This document shows positions 59,439-64,000 of a stretch of DNA of 64,000 nucleotides, in pieces. Origin of the DNA: Candidatus Omnitrophota bacterium (lineage in GTDB: Bacteria > Omnitrophota > Gorgyraeia > Zapsychrales > Fredricksoniimonadaceae). A program made the translations under genes and the position numbers. The stretch is from NCBI GenBank assembly GCA_015232565.1, contig JADFZK010000002.1, positions 64,935-128,934 on the forward strand, read 5' to 3'. A model generated the notes under the pieces. That model was not told the DNA's origin. It saw only the letters and a program-made list of their open reading frames with translations, and did not search any database. Each line of letters begins with the position of its first letter. Within the stretch, counting starts at the first letter, position 1.

Positions 59439-59547
59439 TCTGCATGTTCTTTGGTCTTTGATCTATCCCACAAAAGGGTTTGACTAAATATTTGTTAAAT
59501 CGGGTTTTATATGCCATACTTTACTCAGAAGGGACAGAAAGAACAGT

Positions 59548-60165
59548 ATGGACAGCCGCCACGGATTCGCTCTTATGAAACAGGAAAAACCTTTATCTGC
59601 CCGTCAGGCGGCCAGTTATTGCCAGGTCAATCTTAAAACCGCCCTGAAATGGATAGACGAAGGCAAACTGAAAGCTTACCAACTTCCGGACAGCGGCGTT
59701 AATCGCATTCTGTTGCCCGATCTTCTTGATTTCATGAAACGTTTCGGCCTGCCCATTCCTGCGGAGATAAATCTTTCCGGAGCAACCCGGCTTCTGGTAG
59801 TAGACGACGAATTACCGGCGATCAACACGCTGAAACGCATATTCCGTTCCCATGATCTGGTGCTGGAAGAAGCCCATGACGGCTTTGAGGCGGGACGTAA
59901 AGTGGAAACCTTCAAGCCCGACATTATCCTGCTGGACCTGCAAATGCCGGGGATGAGCGGCCGGGATGTATTAATGAAGATCAAACAAAATCCGGCGACC
60001 CGGCATATTAAAGTGATCATATTATCCGGCTATGTTGACATGGAAGCCAAGAACCGTCTGCTCAAAGATGGCGCCTGCGGTGTATTAGAGAAACCGATCG
60101 ACCGGAAGATATTATTCTCCCTGATCGGATTAACGACTACCTGCCGGAAGGACGACAATACATGA
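59548..60165 (+). CDS. Response regulator with an N-terminal excisionase/MerR-like HTH and a C-terminal REC domain; paralog of the 4799-5389 gene
   Basis: LSARQAASYCQVNLKTALKWIDEGKLKAYQLPDSGVNRI (HTH), then LLVVDDE...DIILLDLQMPGMSGRDV. About 45% identical to the 4799 protein across both domains. Overlaps the downstream kinase gene by 4 nt. Confidence 0.75.
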   Translation: MDSRHGFALMKQEKPLSARQAASYCQVNLKTALKWIDEGKLKAYQLPDSGVNRILLPDLLDFMKRFGLPIPAEINLSGATRLLVVDDELPAINTLKRIFRSHDLVLEEAHDGFEAGRKVETFKPDIILLDLQMPGMSGRDVLMKIKQNPATRHIKVIILSGYVDMEAKNRLLKDGACGVLEKPIDRKILFSLIGLTTTCRKDDNT

Positions 60166-62963
60166 AACTGGGCATTAAATACCTGCTAATGACCGTCTTT
60201 ATTGTCCTGCTATTAAGCGTATCTTTGGAAGGGATAAGCCTTAATCTTTTCAGCCGCAAGATCCACGACCTTACCAAAGACCTTTTTACCGAAAAGCTGG
60301 ACCGGCTTACCGCTTTGGCTTATCAGCAGGATGAATTATATTTTGAAGGCGTTTACAAGGATATTGATACCGGACGCCAGCGGTTAATTGATAAACTTGG
60401 TATTGATTACCGTATGTTAAAAGACCAGACTTCTTATGTCTTCGTTATCGATACGACCGGGAAGGTGATCCTGCACCCGGCTGAATCACGCTGGGGAACA
60501 ACCTTCAGGAACAAGATCGAAAAAGGCAAGCCGATATTCCCCGAAGCCGCCATGAATTACATGAATGCTGTTCGGCAGGGCGAATATTCCTACACCTGGC
60601 ATGGAATAAAGAAATGGTGTGTTTTTAAAATGTACGAACCCTGGGGGGTGTTCTTCTGCCAGACGACCTCCGTTGCCAACCGGGACAATGTGGTCATGTC
60701 TTTTCTCCTGGTCTCGGCCGGCGCGGCAATACTGGTTATACTTCTGGGAATGGTCATCACTTTGTGGCTTTCACAAAGATTGATCTATCCGGTAAACCTT
60801 GTTATCGCCCGTTTGCATAAGATCGCCAGAGGAGAACTGACCTTCTCTTCCGCCGCAAAAAGCAGAACAACTGACGACGAGATCATTCTCCTTGACCAGG
60901 CAGTTAACAAAATGGCCGAGGATCTTTCCAAAGTCACGGTTTCCCGTGATCACGTAGACAATATCCTTAACGCCGCGGCCGAAGGTATAATGGGCCTCGA
61001 TGTGCACGGGAAGCACACTTTCATTAATCTTTCCGCCACTCGGATGCTGGGCTATGACCCCGACGAATTGATCGGCCAGAAGAGCCATGATCTTTGGCAT
61101 CACACCAAAGCGGATGGCACTCAATGCACCGAACCGGAATGTTCTATCTACGCCGCCTTAACGAATGGTACTGTTTACAAAAGGAATGACGAGATCTTCT
61201 GGCGCAAAGATGGCACCAGTTTTCCGGTAGAGTATGCCTGCACCCCTTTATTGAAGAACGGCGTTATTACCGGGGCAGTGGTCACTTTTAATGATATTAC
61301 GGATCGTAAACAGGCCGAAGCGGCCTTGAGTGCGAGTGAGAGCCAATGGCAGTCCCTCGTTAAGGAAGCTCCGGCAAGAATAATTATGCTCAGCCAGGAA
61401 GGCCGAATATTATTTGTAAATCATCAGGAGCGGATCGGGTATAACAAATACCAGACCGGGCAACTTGCCCTGGACACTCTGGATATCATTGAACGCTCTC
61501 AATTCAGTGACGCTCTGAAGAAAGTCTTTACTACTGCCAGATCGAGTTCTTATCAAAGCCGGCACAAGCTCGCTGACGGATCCGAACATTGGTGTGATAA
61601 TCATCTTGGTCCGGTAAGAAGCGAACAGGGGATCAAAGCCGCCATCTGGATCACCTTTGATATAACTGAACGGATATTGGCTGAAGACAATAACCGCAAA
61701 CTTTCCCAGGCGGTCGCCCAAAGCTCGGCCTCGATCATTATCACTGATCGTTCCGGCGCTATTGAATATTGCAACCCGGCGTTCAGCAATACCTCCGGAT
61801 ATCGGTTAGACGAAGTCTTCGGACAGAATATCCGGATACTTAAATCCGGAGAACATCCGGACGATTTCTATCGTGCCATGTGGGAGAAACTGCTTTTCGG
61901 CCAATGCTGGACCGGCGAGATCCGGAATCGAAAGAAAGACGGCGGATTATTCTGGGAGTCGGTTCATATTTCCCCCGTACTGAACAGCGATAACAAGATA
62001 ACGCATTTTGTAGCTATAATAGAGGATATTTCCGAACGCAAAGAGATGGAAGCCAACCTGCGCGCGAATGAAACCAAGCTGATCGGAGCTTTGGAGGAAG
62101 TGAAGAAATACAACCAACAACTGGAACAGGCCCAGGACCAGCTGATACAACAGGAGAAATTGGCGGCTATCGGGTTTCTGGCGGCGGGTGTAGCCCACGA
62201 GATCAATAATCCTTTGGGTTATGTTCAGGGAAACCTTACGGCGCTTCAGGATTATACTAATACATTGCTAAAAATGAATTCTTTCCTGACCCCGTTCTCC
62301 GAGGCGGCAGTAGCGGGTGACCTGAACAAAGCCGCAGATATTCGAGCTGAGGTCGCCAAAGCACGCGAGGAACTGGAACTCGATTATATCACCGCTGATA
62401 TCGGCAAATTGCTTGTTGAAACCAATAACGGTCTTGATCGCATCAAGAATATCGTGCAAGGCCTTAAAAGCTTCTCCCGCTCTGACACCGGTAAAATGCA
62501 AACGGCCAATGTAAATGCTATCCTGGACGGGATCGTGAATATTGTCTGGAACGAGATCAAGTATCACGCGGATCTGGTCAAGGACTATGCCGTTCTTCCG
62601 CTGGTAGAATGCAATCCTCAACAATTGGGACAGGTCTTCCTGAACTTGCTGGTCAATGCCGCTCAATCGATGCCGGTTAAAGGCGTTATTACCCTGCGGA
62701 CCTTTTTGCGGAACGCTGCAGTGGTGGTAGAAGTCCGTGATACCGGAACAGGAATCCCGGATGATATTAAGAACAAGATCTTTGACCCGTTCTTCACTAC
62801 CAAAGAACCGGGTAAAGGTACCGGCCTGGGCTTAAGTATCAGTTACGATATCATCAAGAAACACGGCGGGTTTATAGACCTGCAAAGCAAAGCAGGTGAA
62901 GGGACGGTCTTTTCTGTTGTCCTTCCGCATACCAGGGCGCAATCACCGAAAGCGAAGGTGTAA
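60162..62963 (+). CDS. Membrane sensor histidine kinase with a periplasmic sensing domain, HAMP, three PAS domains, HisKA and HATPase_c
   Basis: Two TM helices (residues about 8-30 and about 175-200) bracket a periplasmic domain of about 150 aa. PAS signatures are present (for example [13 protein letters not shown] and [14 protein letters not shown] at the linkers). The H-box is [13 protein letters not shown]-boxes are RDTGTGIP and GTGLGLSIS. Confidence 0.85.
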   Translation: MKLGIKYLLMTVFIVLLLSVSLEGISLNLFSRKIHDLTKDLFTEKLDRLTALAYQQDELYFEGVYKDIDTGRQRLIDKLGIDYRMLKDQTSYVFVIDTTGKVILHPAESRWGTTFRNKIEKGKPIFPEAAMNYMNAVRQGEYSYTWHGIKKWCVFKMYEPWGVFFCQTTSVANRDNVVMSFLLVSAGAAILVILLGMVITLWLSQRLIYPVNLVIARLHKIARGELTFSSAAKSRTTDDEIILLDQAVNKMAEDLSKVTVSRDHVDNILNAAAEGIMGLDVHGKHTFINLSATRMLGYDPDELIGQKSHDLWHHTKADGTQCTEPECSIYAALTNGTVYKRNDEIFWRKDGTSFPVEYACTPLLKNGVITGAVVTFNDITDRKQAEAALSASESQWQSLVKEAPARIIMLSQEGRILFVNHQERIGYNKYQTGQLALDTLDIIERSQFSDALKKVFTTARSSSYQSRHKLADGSEHWCDNHLGPVRSEQGIKAAIWITFDITERILAEDNNRKLSQAVAQSSASIIITDRSGAIEYCNPAFSNTSGYRLDEVFGQNIRILKSGEHPDDFYRAMWEKLLFGQCWTGEIRNRKKDGGLFWESVHISPVLNSDNKITHFVAIIEDISERKEMEANLRANETKLIGALEEVKKYNQQLEQAQDQLIQQEKLAAIGFLAAGVAHEINNPLGYVQGNLTALQDYTNTLLKMNSFLTPFSEAAVAGDLNKAADIRAEVAKAREELELDYITADIGKLLVETNNGLDRIKNIVQGLKSFSRSDTGKMQTANVNAILDGIVNIVWNEIKYHADLVKDYAVLPLVECNPQQLGQVFLNLLVNAAQSMPVKGVITLRTFLRNAAVVVEVRDTGTGIPDDIKNKIFDPFFTTKEPGKGTGLGLSISYDIIKKHGGFIDLQSKAGEGTVFSVVLPHTRAQSPKAKV

Positions 62964-62964
62964 C

Positions 62965-64000
62965 ATGACCAAACCGATCCATGTCCTGGCGCTGGATGAT
63001 GAAGAGAATATCCTTTCCTCAATCGAACGTAATTTCCTGCGCGAGCCCTACCGGGTATTCACGACCACCCGGGCTGATAAGGCCTGGGAGATCCTGTCCG
63101 CCGAGAAGATCAAGGTGATCATTTGCGACCAGCGGATGCCCGGGCTTTCCGGTGTACAATTCCTCAAGACAGCCAAAGAACGCTATCCGGACGCCCGGCG
63201 CATTTTGCTAACCGGACACGCCGATATGCAGGCCGCGGAAGAAGCGGTCAATCTGGGAGAAGTATATCGTTTTCTTACCAAGCCCTGGAACAGCGATGAC
63301 CTTAAGATTACTATCCGCGAAGCTATTGAGGCGTTCGACCTTACCGTTGAGAACCGCCGCTTGTTCGAGGAAACCCGCGTAGTGAATGCCCGGTTAATAC
63401 AGGCTAATATTGAACTACAGAAGTTATATGACAAACAAAAAGAATTCACCTCTACCGTATCCCATGAATTACGCACTCCTTTGGCATCCATAAAAATGGC
63501 GCTGGATATTGTCTTGAGCGGCACTCCGGGGCCATTAATGCCGGATCAGATTGATTTCCTGGATCGAGCCAAGGCCAATGTGGATCGTTTAAACCGGCTG
63601 ATCAATGATATCCTGGACCTTTCCAAACTGGAATCCGGACGGATCAGTATGCAATTGCGTTCTGGCGACCTTAACCAGGCCATCCTTGAATCGCTGGAAC
63701 CACAGCGCGCTGTTGCCCGGAATAAAGGCCTGCGGCTGGAATGTATTACCGACCCTTCTTTACCACCGGTCTTGTTCGACCACGACCGGATGCTACAAGT
63801 CCTTTATAATCTGGCCGGTAACGCAATAAAGTTCACTGATACCGGTTTTATACGAGTGGTAGTAAAGGGCGACGTTGAGAATAACCAGGTCGCCATCACA
63901 GTGGAAGACTCGGGCCCCGGAATCAAAGAAGAAGATCTGCCCAGATTATTCGGCAGATTTCAACAACTGGAAGGCGCCGTTAACCATAAAGCCGGAGGGA
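62965..64000 (+). CDS. Hybrid response regulator/histidine kinase (REC-HisKA-HATPase), 3'-truncated by the window end
   Basis: ATG at 62965 (not in the ORF track because no stop falls within the window). REC region IHVLALDDE...VIICDQRMPGLSG, H-box TSTVSHELRTPLASI, N-box LYNLAGNAIKFT and G1 EDSGPGI. Confidence 0.8.
   Translation, partial: MTKPIHVLALDDEENILSSIERNFLREPYRVFTTTRADKAWEILSAEKIKVIICDQRMPGLSGVQFLKTAKERYPDARRILLTGHADMQAAEEAVNLGEVYRFLTKPWNSDDLKITIREAIEAFDLTVENRRLFEETRVVNARLIQANIELQKLYDKQKEFTSTVSHELRTPLASIKMALDIVLSGTPGPLMPDQIDFLDRAKANVDRLNRLINDILDLSKLESGRISMQLRSGDLNQAILESLEPQRAVARNKGLRLECITDPSLPPVLFDHDRMLQVLYNLAGNAIKFTDTGFIRVVVKGDVENNQVAITVEDSGPGIKEEDLPRLFGRFQQLEGAVNHKAGG

Overview
This is a 64 kb bacterial chromosomal segment at roughly 50% GC. 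The dense + strand operons, several giant genes and the surface-protein content suggest an uncultivated lineage, possibly Omnitrophota-like, but that is only a guess.

Conserved housekeeping genes, in order:
- The end of an F1 ATP synthase operon: a partial atpA, then atpG, atpD and atpC.
- trkH/trkA potassium uptake genes.
- An rsmB-like methyltransferase, a kinase-like gene and ttcA, apparently co-transcribed.
- thiC, bioB and trxB.
- Menaquinone biosynthesis split into two clusters: menG-menF-menD at 30.3-34.2 kb, and menB-menA-menC-menE plus a hotdog thioesterase at 54.6-59.2 kb.
- gltA, pepA and fumC.
- pntAB transhydrogenase genes on the minus strand.
- xthA, xseAB, and Rieske, HIT and PEBP family genes.

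Accessory material, with the unusual features in order of interest:
- Two paralogous large secreted proteins (about 1175 and 1729 aa) share a roughly 350-aa N-terminal domain that I do not recognise from any described family; I regard this pair as the strongest candidate for an undescribed system here.
- A roughly 3000-aa secreted protein is built of FxxN-rich beta-helix-like repeats, carries three near-identical long internal repeats, and is followed by a small co-transcribed secreted partner.
- A family of GTAG-flanked palindromic REP/REPIN-like elements is present, with compensatory stem mutations between copies. One copy is inserted in-frame inside menG.
- Six tandem 33-bp repeats sit upstream of thiC, and no TPP riboswitch is visible.
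- A 245-bp element with perfect 29-bp terminal inverted repeats lies at about 59.2 kb.
- Two paralogous response regulators carry an N-terminal HTH in front of the receiver domain.
- A PilZ-NUDIX fusion gene is present.
- Three Phd/YefM-type antitoxin genes are present; two are paired with VapC toxins and one is an orphan.
- A signalling operon of multi-PAS histidine kinases lies at the 3' end of the window.

No rRNA, tRNA, CRISPR array or transposase gene was recognised.
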